From: an uncultured delta proteobacterium
GTDB lineage: Bacteria; Desulfobacterota; Desulfobacteria; Desulfobacterales; QNYZ01
DNA length: 64,000 bases
Reading direction: 5' to 3'
Assembly: GCA_963845145.1 (NCBI GenBank)
Contig: CAWJQU010000005.1
Coordinates: 1,120,001 to 1,184,000, forward strand
Each line of letters starts with the position of its first letter. The first letter of the stretch is position 1. This document shows positions 10,184 to 20,685 of the stretch, in pieces. Position numbers and translations under genes: made by a program. The notes under the pieces were generated by a model. It made no database searches. It saw only the letters and a program-made list of their open reading frames with translations, and was not told where the DNA came from.

Positions 10184-10314
10184 CCGGTCAAACCAGGTAC
10201 GACAGGGCTGACGATGCCGTAACAGGAATGACAAATGCGACGGGTCCTTTACTCGTGGCATTAATACATGGCTGGGTTGAAGATTAAATTTAACCAATAG
10301 TGAAGAGGCTAAAA

Positions 10315-11784
10315 ATGATTCAAAGTGCATCGACCCAAAAACGGTCCGTTAGTATGCGGATTTTAACGGATGACCAAATCTGGGAAATCAAACAGGCGGC
10401 TTTTGAAATCATTGAAAAAATTGGTTTTAAATGCATGCACGCCGAAGCCCGCAAAATGCTGGCAACGGCCGGCGCTATCGTCAAAGAGGATATCGTCAGA
10501 ATCCCCCGCTATATTGTGGAAGGCTGTTTGCTGACAACCCCCCAGGGGTGGACGATTTATGACCGTGAAGGCCTAAGGGCCATGGAAGTCGAAGGCCGAA
10601 AAAGCCACTACGGCACCTCCACGGCCAGCCCCAGCACCAAAGACGCGTTGACCGGCGAGTATCATGAGACCCGGGTGGAGGATATCGCCATCGGGGCCAA
10701 AGTGGCCGATGCACTCGAGCATATTGATTTTGTTATGCCCATGGGGTCTGCTCAAGATGTACCGGCCTATGCGGCGGATGTCCATGAATTTATAGCGGTC
10801 GCATCCAATACCACCAAGCCAATGGTTTTTATCGGATATACCTCCCTGGGTTTTGAATATGTTTATGAAATGGCTGCGGTGGTTGCCGGTAGTATGGAAC
10901 GATTGCAACAGTATCCATTTCTCATTGCCTATCCGGAGGCAATCGCCCCTTTGGTATATCCGGCAGAGGTAATTGAACGGATTTTCGCTGCAGCCGATCT
11001 GCGAATGCCGCAACTGCCTGGTGCCACAGTGCAAGCCGGCGCCACCGGCCCTGTAACACTTGCCGGCGTTATCGCTCAAATGACAGCAGAAGCACTGGTT
11101 CACATTACCTTGGCCCAATTGAGACAACCCGGTTGTCCGGTGGGAATGAGCGGTAATGTCGGTATTCTCGACATGTCCAGTGCCTTGATGACACTCGGTG
11201 CGCCGGAAAACAGCCTCGGGACCTGTGCCCAGGCGGAGGTGGCACAGTCTTTCGGCCTCCCCACGTGGGGGCTGGCCGGTGCCTCGGACGCCAAATCGCT
11301 TGACGCCCAGGCGGGGCTTGAAAGCTCGTTTAGCATTCTCAGCCAAGGCCTGGCTGGATTGAATCTCATCCATGATGTTGGCTATCTTGGTAGTGGTATG
11401 GCCTGTTCATGCGAGCAACTAGTCATGGGCAACGAAATTGTCGGTATGACCAAACGTTTTGTGGAGGGAATTACAGTCAATGCCGAGACCATTGCCCGGG
11501 ATGTCATCGCCGCGGTGGGGCCGGGAAAACACTTTATGGATCATGACCATACCTTTCGTCATTTCCGCAAGGAAACCTGGTTGTCCAAAATGCTTGACCG
11601 CCAACCCATTCAATCCTGGAAAGACAATGGTGAGCCTACCATGGAAGATCGCGTTCAGGGAAAAGTGCGCGAAATTATTGAAACCCACCAGCCCAAACCT
11701 TTAGATGATGGCATTGTCTCCGAACTCGACAGGCTTAAAAAGGAGGGAGAAAAAGAAATATTGGCCAAATATGAACGGAATTGA
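10315..11784 (+). CDS. Trimethylamine methyltransferase (MttB/MtgB) family protein, non-pyrrolysine
   Basis: 'GATGPVTLAG', 'SDAKSLDAQAGLE', 'GLNLIHDVGYL', 'VGPGKHF'. No in-frame TAG. Confidence 0.9.
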   Translation: MIQSASTQKRSVSMRILTDDQIWEIKQAAFEIIEKIGFKCMHAEARKMLATAGAIVKEDIVRIPRYIVEGCLLTTPQGWTIYDREGLRAMEVEGRKSHYGTSTASPSTKDALTGEYHETRVEDIAIGAKVADALEHIDFVMPMGSAQDVPAYAADVHEFIAVASNTTKPMVFIGYTSLGFEYVYEMAAVVAGSMERLQQYPFLIAYPEAIAPLVYPAEVIERIFAAADLRMPQLPGATVQAGATGPVTLAGVIAQMTAEALVHITLAQLRQPGCPVGMSGNVGILDMSSALMTLGAPENSLGTCAQAEVAQSFGLPTWGLAGASDAKSLDAQAGLESSFSILSQGLAGLNLIHDVGYLGSGMACSCEQLVMGNEIVGMTKRFVEGITVNAETIARDVIAAVGPGKHFMDHDHTFRHFRKETWLSKMLDRQPIQSWKDNGEPTMEDRVQGKVREIIETHQPKPLDDGIVSELDRLKKEGEKEILAKYERN

Positions 11785-11878
11785 ATGACCTGTTTATCTA
11801 TAAAAATACAAATAATTTTTAGATCGGTTTTTTTCTTTTAAAGATAAACGAAGACCCTGTACTCAACTTTTCCGACGG

Positions 11879-12382
11879 CTACGAACTGTTTGATTTGTCG
11901 GAAACAATGGGTCCGGTGGCTAATATTGGGGCCGCATGAATCCTTTCGGCCGACATCATGCCAACAACCCTCTCGAAGGCGCTGAGTATCATCAGCTGCT
12001 CCCAATCGGCTAAATTGGAAAACCGTTCGATGAATGTCTCCTGAAGGGGGGGTGGGGCCTGTTTTAGAACCTCAGCGCCTGTCTCGGAGAGCGAGATCCA
12101 GACCTGGCGTTTATCGCGATCACTCTTTTTTTTTATCAAATAGCCCTTCTTCACCAGCCGATTGATGATATCGGTAACAGTCGCCTGACTTAGAAAGATC
12201 GCTTTCGCCAATCCCGTAACCGAAATTCGTTTGTGATTGGAAACCTCTTCCAAAACGATAAGTTGAGGTCCGGTCAAACCGAAATGTTTGTTCAGGCTGC
12301 GAGAATGTAAATCCGTGGCTTGAATAATTTTACGCAATGAGATGAGAATTTCTCGATAACGCCAAGCGCTGGGGTTCGCCAA
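11879..12382 (-). CDS. MarR family regulator (EctR-like)
   Basis: 'LRKIIQATDLHSRSL...GLTGPQL...SQATVT...DKRQ'. TTG start with AAGGAG RBS. Confidence 0.85.
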   Translation of the reverse strand: MANPSAWRYREILISLRKIIQATDLHSRSLNKHFGLTGPQLIVLEEVSNHKRISVTGLAKAIFLSQATVTDIINRLVKKGYLIKKKSDRDKRQVWISLSETGAEVLKQAPPPLQETFIERFSNLADWEQLMILSAFERVVGMMSAERIHAAPILATGPIVSDKSNSS

Positions 12383-12729
12383 AGCAACTCCTTTACAAAA
12401 TATGGCCCAATAAATACTTTGTTTTACACGTCAATACAACCTTTTTCGACAAAAAACCCTACTATTTATATTGGATCGAAGCTTTTTATTTTTCACTTAT
12501 ACTCACATTATTTATTTGTATTCTAATAATTATTTTATACAATTAGCCGCCAATACTATCGACAATCCTTATTTTACGGGGGATAAACGGCTTGACATTT
12601 ACATAGAACACTATAGTATTATATGAAATCGCAAGAGGTATAGGGCGACATTTTACTTCGTGGCCGACGTTTCGAAGGCACAGTTTGTGCTTGATCGGCA
12701 AAAAAAAATTCCCGTATGGATTAAAGAAG

Positions 12730-13494
12730 ATGAATAATAAAAAATTTAAAGTGCGAATACCGGATACAGACGCAAATGTTTCTCAAGGTGCAGAGCGATT
12801 TATTGTCGAATACAAGGGTGACAAAACACATATTCGCGCACATGACTACGATAAGATTTATTCGGTTCCCGGTCTGTATGAATATTTGTTCTATGATAAA
12901 TATAAGTGCAATTCTCCCAAGATCGTTTGCCGACTGTTGGAAGATGAGTTAAAAAAGGCATCCGCGTCCGTGTCGGATCTGAAGGTATTGGATGTCGGTG
13001 CTGGTAACGGTATGGTTGGCGAACAGCTAAATTCCAGGGGGGCGGGTGAGATTGTGGGGCTTGATATAATAGAGGAGGCTGCCGAAGCGACCGAAAGGGA
13101 CCGGCCGGGGGTTTATAGTGAGTATTTTACAGAAGATTTGACCCGGTTGTCCGAACCGGTAAAAGAAAAATTGACAGACCTTTCACCCAATTGTCTTACT
13201 GTTGTTGCCGCCTTGGGATTTGATGATATTCCACCTCAAGCTTTCAGCGTAGCCTACAATCTGATCGCCGAGTCGGGCTGGGTCGCCTTCAACATCAAAG
13301 ATATGTTTTATAGCCCCAAAGATAAAACCGGATTCTCTCACCTCATTGACGGAATGCTCAACGACGGTATTTTTGAGATGCACGCCAAAAAACGTTACCG
13401 GCACCGTTTCTGCCAAGATGGCGCACCGCTGCACTATTATGCCGTTGTCGGTCAAAAGAGAAAAGATATCCCTATCGACCAGATTTATTCATAA
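12730..13494 (+). CDS. Class I SAM-dependent methyltransferase
   Basis: 'VLDVGAGNG' motif I, 'VGLDI'. Confidence 0.85.
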   Translation: MNNKKFKVRIPDTDANVSQGAERFIVEYKGDKTHIRAHDYDKIYSVPGLYEYLFYDKYKCNSPKIVCRLLEDELKKASASVSDLKVLDVGAGNGMVGEQLNSRGAGEIVGLDIIEEAAEATERDRPGVYSEYFTEDLTRLSEPVKEKLTDLSPNCLTVVAALGFDDIPPQAFSVAYNLIAESGWVAFNIKDMFYSPKDKTGFSHLIDGMLNDGIFEMHAKKRYRHRFCQDGAPLHYYAVVGQKRKDIPIDQIYS

Positions 13495-13613
13495 AGAACG
13501 CGGCTGTTACGTCTGCTCAACTCGCTTGGTGACCATATCAAAAAGGTATAGGCCCTATACCGGAGTAAAAGCGTTGGTGAAAAAACCTATCGGGTATCTA
13601 TCCAATCGGGTAT

Positions 13614-16600
13614 CTATCTGGCGGTCATTTGGCCTTTCATGCAAGTGGCCAGCTCCATGCCGATCAGATTCATAACCGCCGGTAAGTGCATCGGTGGAAT
13701 GGGTGCGCCGGCAATGCGAGGAAGGATAATAGTACCGCTAACCGGATAACGGTACAAAAAAGCCTGGCCCTGTTCTTCTAAAAATGCCTGCTGGGTGACC
13801 AAAATCATCCGGGAAAAACGGCAGCCAAAAGTAGAAATCTCATCCAAGGCCTGGTCGAAATATCGCGGATGGCTGGCATCAATCAGAATCAGGTTGTCCT
13901 TGGCGGTGTTATAATCGGGTAATAACTCCGGGATATACCATTGTCCATTGACAAAGAAGGGCATGTCTTTTTCCGATGGCAAAATATCGGCCGGTGCGGC
14001 AAGAAAAACATCGACTTTGACACCCCTAAGATAATCATTTTCCCACCTTGCCACCCGCTTCTCACCAAAGTCAGATACCATCTCCTTTCGCCACCTGAGC
14101 ATAACAAACTTATTTTCAACCTGTGAATCAACCGTCACCAAGGGCCCGTGGCCGCTTTCACCATAAAGATGCGGCGTGAGAAGAATACCATCGATACGAT
14201 CAAAAAGATCCGACCATGACGCACCGATTCCAACCGGTGGCCCGATGTAAAACATGGTTTTATATTTGTGGTTGGCGGCCGAACAGTTGGCGATCTCAGA
14301 TTTAAGTGCCCTGTCGCCCAACACAACCTGCATGGTTTGGGCAAGCGATTTAAATTGCGTGGCAAGAACGGCCGCTTTTTTCGGTAAATATCGATCCCAG
14401 GCACCTATCATGATACGATGAAGCAAGGCGCTCAGATAGTCGCTTAGGGCATAACGAAACCGATTCTTATATAAGAAATATACAGTGCCAGCCGAATCAA
14501 ATCGTTGACAATTATCGTCCATGCCCGGCCAAAAAGAAACCGACGTGCACGCGGTTGATTCCAAATGTTTGGTCAGCCGCTTTTTATTTAAAGATGAAGT
14601 TACCGCTGAAATCAGTAGCGTGCTTTCTTCAAGTGCGGCCAGATGGGCTTCTGGCGTTACAATGCGTATCGAAAGGTCCAACAAGTGCCCCCAAATATCG
14701 GCAACAGCGCTCATCGCCGCTTTGGAACGGTTATCCATGGGTAAAAAAACAATCTCTTCAATTGCAGAATCCTCACTAAAAAGTAAATCGGCCAGCGTTG
14801 TCATGTTGTGATCGTCATTCGGACAACAATCGCGAATACTATCAGAAAGGATGAGCTGCTGAATGAGCGCTCTTATATCCCGATAATAAAGAATCGAGCG
14901 TTCGCTGCGTGCATTTTTCTCCCATACCGTTGCCTCATCAAATGCACTTGGTTCCGGCGGTTGCTCGTTTTTCTGTTCCTGGAGGGTGCGCATTTCCATT
15001 AACACTCTGGCCACCGGGTCTTTTTTTATGGCATACCGGCTTCTCGAGACGGTTAAAGATTTGGCCAGATTTCGCGGTATCACACCCACACCAATGCCGC
15101 AGGCATGACCACAATGAAACGTGAGCTTATAATACAAAAGAAGCGAGATAAAAGATTGAAATGCCGTTTTTTTTATTTTCGGTATAAAAAGGCTCTGTCC
15201 CTGACTGAGCGCTTGAATTCGTTTCTGTGCGATCCCGACAATCCCGATGGCGATAAACGCGATCTTATTCCTGGTAAAAAAGTCCATTACGTCGAGGGCC
15301 TCATCCACACGATTCGGACAGGTTGCATCGACGATCAGAAAAGCTTTTCCGAAATGGGTCGGCAATCCGGTATTGAGCACCTCCTGATAGTCCAGGGCCT
15401 TTCCCACCATCGACCAGGTATTTTCTTCGATTTTTAAAGCGGCCTCCGCACCGGTACCATCCGTATACAAAGCACTGACAATAATACCCGCCAATGCATC
15501 GGCATGTTCCTGAGCCATTTGCTCTAAAATGGGGGTTAAGGCGTCATCGGATAGAAGATTCGCCAGTTGGAAAGGAAGGCGATGCATTGCTTCCAGGTAG
15601 ACCAGTGCCTCTTCCCTCCGTCCGATTTTCGACCCGATCCATAGGATAAACAGGTCGAGACAAAACAGCATGCACACGGTGCTTTTTACACCGACGACGG
15701 TGACTTCTTCCTCGCTTAGCACAGGAATGATACCACCGCTTTTAGCGACGGCAAGCGCCATATCGCCAAACACTTTCTCGGTTAGGCCTACCATTGTGAC
15801 CTTCTGTTTTAACAAGGCGTGCGCTAGAACGACCATATGGGCGGTGGTGGCTGACCAGCTCATCATGACAACCAGGTCCGTTTTGGCCGCAAAAAACCTT
15901 TCCACATGACCGGCATCTCCGGGGCGAATGGTGATGACATCTATTTCAGGCATGACGGCGTGTGCCAATCCCTCGGCCATTTTACCCATATGATAAGCGC
16001 TACCCGTGCCCACCAGTACCAATCGCTTGAGATCCCGATAACCGGGACCGAATGCTCTCTTCAGTCGTTTTCTACGGACTGGAAATAGCGGTATCTGGTC
16101 TTCCCTGGGGGCATATCGTCTCAGTATGAATTTTAATCTATCAGGAATTTCGTTCAAATGCGTCTCGTAAAAAGAACGGCCCAGATGCTGTTTGACTTGG
16201 GCCGGATGCAAAACAGTGGTAAAGGGCTCGATTTCCGGAAGCGCGTTTCCATCAAAGTCGGTAATTTCCAAATGACGGATCGTCTGGCCCCTTTCGATGG
16301 TTGTTTCAAGCCTGGCAAACAATTCTTCACCTTCAAGTGGGTGTATTTCTACCGCGAAGGCCTTTAAAATCGATTGTTTTTTCTGCTCATAGGCCGGGTC
16401 GGGCGGATGTATCTCGCTGGACTCAAAGCCTGTTGCCATACCCGTATAATCGCCTTTCAAATTTTGAAGCGCCTGGCGTTTTTCGATAATCATCTTTTGT
16501 GGAAACAACCCCATGGCAGCGTTAATGTCGGAAACAACCATATAGTCGCTTGTCTCTAATCGTCGTACAATGAAGATGGGACGATTATGGCTGACAACAT

Positions 16601-18158
16601 AAAGCTTGCCCATTGAATGGATGCTGATACCACAAGCTGCCACCTGTCCCTCTTTTTGGGCGATCTGTTTTGCCGTTTGGATAAACGCCATTTCGTCTAA
16701 TGCCTGGGTCGTCTTATCCTTGACGGAACGATGGATTGCAAAATCGATTGTCTGGCTTCCTATTCCGTGGGCTTCCAGGCCATAATCGACCTGGGCCGCG
16801 ACGTCTCGATATCGTTCCTTGGCCTTGACAAGTTGATCGAAATAGTACGCCCATAAAAGCGGAAAATATTCTGAAGAGTTATCGCTTTTGAATGAATACC
16901 GGGCCACTTTGCTGAGAAATTGCTTTAATCGGCCCTCGACATTAGGATCGAATTGACCGTTTAGCACCACGCATCTCTCTTGCTTTTGATCGGTAAACGG
17001 ATGTGCATTTTTTGAAGTAACGGCAGACTGCAAAGCCCAACGTCCGTGGCCGATTACCGGTTGAGCATAATACCGAAGGCTGACTGGATCGGTTTGATCC
17101 GGTACAATGGCCGGCTCTCGCATCATTTCCTGCTTGGAAAGATCTGCCAATATGGCCGTTAAAAATTCGTCCCGTTTTAGCCAGGTTAAAGCCGCTGCTG
17201 CCGCACGTCCGTAAAGATTGACCCCTTTTTCAGCGCGATACAAATTCAGCCAGGAAACCGTTTTTGATCGTTCATGCAACGGCCACGAAGTCTCCATGAT
17301 TTTCTCAATCGATTCAATAACCTCCGGTCCAAAAGAGGGGCGTGTAAAAAGGGCTGCGTCAATGACTCGAAACAAACAACGGACACCGTCTCTAACATAG
17401 TCGGAGGGAGATGGAATTAGTGTTTCAGCCAGACATCGCCATAAGGTTTTAAGCGCAATCGGTTTGACGAGTAACCGTTCGCGCCGCCGGACCGAATAAT
17501 CTTTTTTAACGGGAACATCACCCAAAACTTTTTGGTAAACCAAATCGAAGGCAGCCAGGATATCCTCGTTTCCAAGTAGCGTTTCTCCCCGCTCTTTTTT
17601 TTGGTTGATTTTCTCTATCAGTGGTTTACGAATGATGATACGAATCACTTCAGGCGGAAGATCATATTCTGTAATCAACAATAGAACCAATCGCCGGAAA
17701 TCGCTTTTAGAACGAATGCGGAAAAAAAAATTTAAATCATGTCTGCCGGGTTGCCCTGGAGATAAGAATATCAGCTCATTCGGTGCCAGCGCGACCATGT
17801 CGTCATAACTTGGATACGCGGCGTGCCCTTCGGCGATCCGATCAAAAGCCGCCAAGGGCAATCCTTCAAAAACGATCAACCGCTTTTGATTTTTCTGGGT
17901 GGATTTGTTTTCGGTACCTTCGGACCAAAGGGCGATCAATTCAGCGGTATCATTTTGATACGCAGGGCTGTCCAGCAATATTTCAACGAGCTTATCAACG
18001 GAACCAACGGCTTTTTTTATCCAGATCGGCCGGCTGTCGTTGCCAAACATGCCCACGCCAGTGCTATCCGGCGCCCGGTATATAATGGCCGACATGCCAG
18101 TCATCACGCGTGTAATATTGTTTCCAGCACTACCAAAATAGGCGACAACACCACACAT
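13614..18158 (-). CDS. Giant GlmS-like protein: class II glutamine amidotransferase plus multiple SIS domains (~1514 aa)
   Basis: N-terminal M-C-G nucleophile, 'YRAPDSTG', 'GHGRWA', 'NAHPF', 'VVLNG', SIS 'GTGSAYH', 'EAALKIEE', internal 'PRNLAKSLTV', later 'GESGHGP'. Confidence 0.8.
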   Translation of the reverse strand: MCGVVAYFGSAGNNITRVMTGMSAIIYRAPDSTGVGMFGNDSRPIWIKKAVGSVDKLVEILLDSPAYQNDTAELIALWSEGTENKSTQKNQKRLIVFEGLPLAAFDRIAEGHAAYPSYDDMVALAPNELIFLSPGQPGRHDLNFFFRIRSKSDFRRLVLLLITEYDLPPEVIRIIIRKPLIEKINQKKERGETLLGNEDILAAFDLVYQKVLGDVPVKKDYSVRRRERLLVKPIALKTLWRCLAETLIPSPSDYVRDGVRCLFRVIDAALFTRPSFGPEVIESIEKIMETSWPLHERSKTVSWLNLYRAEKGVNLYGRAAAAALTWLKRDEFLTAILADLSKQEMMREPAIVPDQTDPVSLRYYAQPVIGHGRWALQSAVTSKNAHPFTDQKQERCVVLNGQFDPNVEGRLKQFLSKVARYSFKSDNSSEYFPLLWAYYFDQLVKAKERYRDVAAQVDYGLEAHGIGSQTIDFAIHRSVKDKTTQALDEMAFIQTAKQIAQKEGQVAACGISIHSMGKLYVVSHNRPIFIVRRLETSDYMVVSDINAAMGLFPQKMIIEKRQALQNLKGDYTGMATGFESSEIHPPDPAYEQKKQSILKAFAVEIHPLEGEELFARLETTIERGQTIRHLEITDFDGNALPEIEPFTTVLHPAQVKQHLGRSFYETHLNEIPDRLKFILRRYAPREDQIPLFPVRRKRLKRAFGPGYRDLKRLVLVGTGSAYHMGKMAEGLAHAVMPEIDVITIRPGDAGHVERFFAAKTDLVVMMSWSATTAHMVVLAHALLKQKVTMVGLTEKVFGDMALAVAKSGGIIPVLSEEEVTVVGVKSTVCMLFCLDLFILWIGSKIGRREEALVYLEAMHRLPFQLANLLSDDALTPILEQMAQEHADALAGIIVSALYTDGTGAEAALKIEENTWSMVGKALDYQEVLNTGLPTHFGKAFLIVDATCPNRVDEALDVMDFFTRNKIAFIAIGIVGIAQKRIQALSQGQSLFIPKIKKTAFQSFISLLLYYKLTFHCGHACGIGVGVIPRNLAKSLTVSRSRYAIKKDPVARVLMEMRTLQEQKNEQPPEPSAFDEATVWEKNARSERSILYYRDIRALIQQLILSDSIRDCCPNDDHNMTTLADLLFSEDSAIEEIVFLPMDNRSKAAMSAVADIWGHLLDLSIRIVTPEAHLAALEESTLLISAVTSSLNKKRLTKHLESTACTSVSFWPGMDDNCQRFDSAGTVYFLYKNRFRYALSDYLSALLHRIMIGAWDRYLPKKAAVLATQFKSLAQTMQVVLGDRALKSEIANCSAANHKYKTMFYIGPPVGIGASWSDLFDRIDGILLTPHLYGESGHGPLVTVDSQVENKFVMLRWRKEMVSDFGEKRVARWENDYLRGVKVDVFLAAPADILPSEKDMPFFVNGQWYIPELLPDYNTAKDNLILIDASHPRYFDQALDEISTFGCRFSRMILVTQQAFLEEQGQAFLYRYPVSGTIILPRIAGAPIPPMHLPAVMNLIGMELATCMKGQMTAR

Positions 18159-18268
18159 CACGATAATCCTTTATTTTAGAGAGGAAGCTACTTTGAATAA
18201 AATGATGGATTTATTAATGTCAATACATTATTTAAAAGACGATTGACATCCCACCACAGGAGTTTCCC

Positions 18269-19744
18269 ATGACACCTGACCTTCAGCAAATCCATGATAC
18301 ATCCATGGCCATACTCGCAAAAACCGGTATGGTTTTCAACCACCCCGCTGTTTGTGACATTATCGCTCGAAATGGGGTTAAGGTCTCTAATAAACGTGTC
18401 TTTTTTACCGAACAAAAAATTTTAGATTTGATTGCCAAGGCGCCCACCGAGTTTCGAATGAAAGCCCCCAATCCGGATCATGATATCACCATCGGGGGGG
18501 ATCATGTCGAATTTGCACCTGGATATGGTGCCCCCAAAGTCGTTACGGCCGAGGGATTGGTTCGAAATGGGACCATCGCAGATTATCTCACATTCCTCAA
18601 GTTGACCCATGTTTGCGACCATTTTCATCTTAACGGCGGCCCGCTGGTGCACCCTGACGATATTCCCGTTTCAGCCAGTTTTCCGACCATGGTCTACCTG
18701 TCCCACTGTTACTCAGATAAATGTTTGATTGTCCCCAACGGAGAGAAAAAAGAGATCAAACTGCTGATGGAGATGCTAAACCTCATCTACGGCGACACCT
18801 TTCAGCAGGGGACACCTGTGACGATTACCATCATCAACCCGATCAGCCCGCTTCAAATCGACGAAAACGCGCTGGATATCCTGCTACTTTTCTCCCAGAA
18901 TCACCAGCCGATCATTGTTACTGCTGCCCTCATGGCGGGTACAACCGGGCCGATGACTTTAGCGGGATGTATAGCGCTTGGGAATGCAGAAGTATTGGCG
19001 ACCATCGCAGCCCACCAGATGATCAATCCCGGATCGCCAGTTGTCTACGGTTCTCTGGCATCTGTAGCCGATATGCGAACCGGCAGCATCGCCATCGGGA
19101 CCCCGGAGCGCGCGTTGGCTGTTAATTATGGGAGTCGCTTGGCCAAAGCTTATGGCCTGCCTTGTCGGGGTGGAGGCGCTGAAAATGATGCTGCTGTTGT
19201 CAACGCCCAAAGCGGTTACGAAAGTATGATGAATTTAATCACTGCCGTCACGGAAAAAATGAACATCGTAGTACATAGCGCTGGAACCCTCGGTGGTTTC
19301 GGGGCCATGAGTGTTGAAAAATTTATAATCGATATCGAAATGATCGGCATGGTGAAACGAATCATGGGCGGGGAGGAGATATCTTCGAAAAGCTTGGCAC
19401 TCGAAGTCATTGAAGCGGTCGGGCCGACGGGCAATTTTTTAATGCACGAACATACCCTGGCCAACTGCCGAACCGCAGCAAGACTCCCCCTCATCGGCAG
19501 CCGTGGCGTTTTAGGCAATCAAACCGGTCCGGCCGATTTTGATAAGACCATCGAAAAAGCGAAAATGAATCTACTAGAACACTATGTTCAGCCGGAGACC
19601 AACCAAGACTCTGCCCGGGCACTTAAAAATTTGTTGGAGGATAGAGGATACCCGGCAATTAACTTGACGCCAACTAAAACTGAATCTAAGTTGCATTCAA
19701 ACTGTCATGGGGCGTTGGATCCTCTATGTCGCCCACTGGGTTGA
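18269..19744 (+). CDS. Trimethylamine methyltransferase (MttB/MtgB) family protein, non-pyrrolysine
   Basis: 'APGYGAP', 'INPISPL', 'GTTGPMTLAG', 'GLPCRGGG', 'VGPTGNFL'. No in-frame TAG. Confidence 0.9.
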   Translation: MTPDLQQIHDTSMAILAKTGMVFNHPAVCDIIARNGVKVSNKRVFFTEQKILDLIAKAPTEFRMKAPNPDHDITIGGDHVEFAPGYGAPKVVTAEGLVRNGTIADYLTFLKLTHVCDHFHLNGGPLVHPDDIPVSASFPTMVYLSHCYSDKCLIVPNGEKKEIKLLMEMLNLIYGDTFQQGTPVTITIINPISPLQIDENALDILLLFSQNHQPIIVTAALMAGTTGPMTLAGCIALGNAEVLATIAAHQMINPGSPVVYGSLASVADMRTGSIAIGTPERALAVNYGSRLAKAYGLPCRGGGAENDAAVVNAQSGYESMMNLITAVTEKMNIVVHSAGTLGGFGAMSVEKFIIDIEMIGMVKRIMGGEEISSKSLALEVIEAVGPTGNFLMHEHTLANCRTAARLPLIGSRGVLGNQTGPADFDKTIEKAKMNLLEHYVQPETNQDSARALKNLLEDRGYPAINLTPTKTESKLHSNCHGALDPLCRPLG

Positions 19745-19851
19745 TTGTCTGGGTTCACTTTGGTTAATTATCAAAAAACATGCCGCAACATAGTGCACCG
19801 ATTGAGTATTTACCTAAACATTTTGAAATTGGCACAAGGGAGTATCAATCA

Positions 19852-20628
19852 ATGAGTATTGATTCGTTTTCCATGAATTATTTTTCTTTAAAGGAAAAAA
19901 CGGCTATCGTAACCGGGGGAAACAGCGGACTGGGGTTGGCCTTTTCAGTTGCTCTGGCAAAAGCCGGTGCCAATATTTTCATTCCAAGTATTGTTATGGA
20001 TGATGGGCAGACAGGGCGGTTAATTGAAAAACAAGGGGTGGCTGTTGATTTTATGGCGGTGGATATCACCGAAACTGGTGCTCCGAAACATATCATCGAA
20101 AGCTGTGTAAAAAAATTTGGAACCGTTGATATTTTAGTCAATAACGCCGGGATTTGTAAGTTAAATTCGGTATTGGAATTTGGTCGGGAAGACTGGGATC
20201 CCATGATCGCCGTCAATCTCACCGCTGCATTTGAATTAAGCTATGAAGTCGCCAAGGTAATGATCCCCCAGAAAAGTGGCAAAATGATCAATATCTGTTC
20301 TCTCTTTTCCTATTTAGGAGGACAAGGGTCATCGGCCTATGCCGCAACCAAACATGGCATCGCCGGACTGACCAAAGCCTATTGCGATGAACTGGCACAA
20401 TATAATATCCAGGTAAATGGCATTGCACCCGGATACTATGCCACCGAACTGACAACCAACACCAGAAACAATCCCGAAACCAACCGCAAGGTCCTGGAAC
20501 ATATTCCCGCCAATCGCTGGGGTGAACTGCAGGATTTGATGGGGGCCACTGTATTTTTAGCCAGTCGCGCCTCTGACTATGTAAATGGCCACCTGCTGGT
20601 TGTCGACGGGGGTTACCGGGTGCGGTAG
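19852..20628 (+). CDS. SDR oxidoreductase, YgcW/KduD-like
   Basis: TGGNSGLG, NNAG, YAATK. N-terminus 'FSMNYFSLKEKTAIVTGG' resembles E. coli YgcW. Confidence 0.85.
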   Translation: MSIDSFSMNYFSLKEKTAIVTGGNSGLGLAFSVALAKAGANIFIPSIVMDDGQTGRLIEKQGVAVDFMAVDITETGAPKHIIESCVKKFGTVDILVNNAGICKLNSVLEFGREDWDPMIAVNLTAAFELSYEVAKVMIPQKSGKMINICSLFSYLGGQGSSAYAATKHGIAGLTKAYCDELAQYNIQVNGIAPGYYATELTTNTRNNPETNRKVLEHIPANRWGELQDLMGATVFLASRASDYVNGHLLVVDGGYRVR

Positions 20629-20685
20629 GCCTGCGACTGCCAATATTTTGATCCGAACCATCCAGAGAAAGGATATTTTTTCATC

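Noticed and set aside
10573..11373. Long antisense ORFs (this one, 20974-21663, 50775-51359, 52784-53479 and others)
   Set aside because: They shadow well-supported genes on the opposite strand and have no recognisable motifs.
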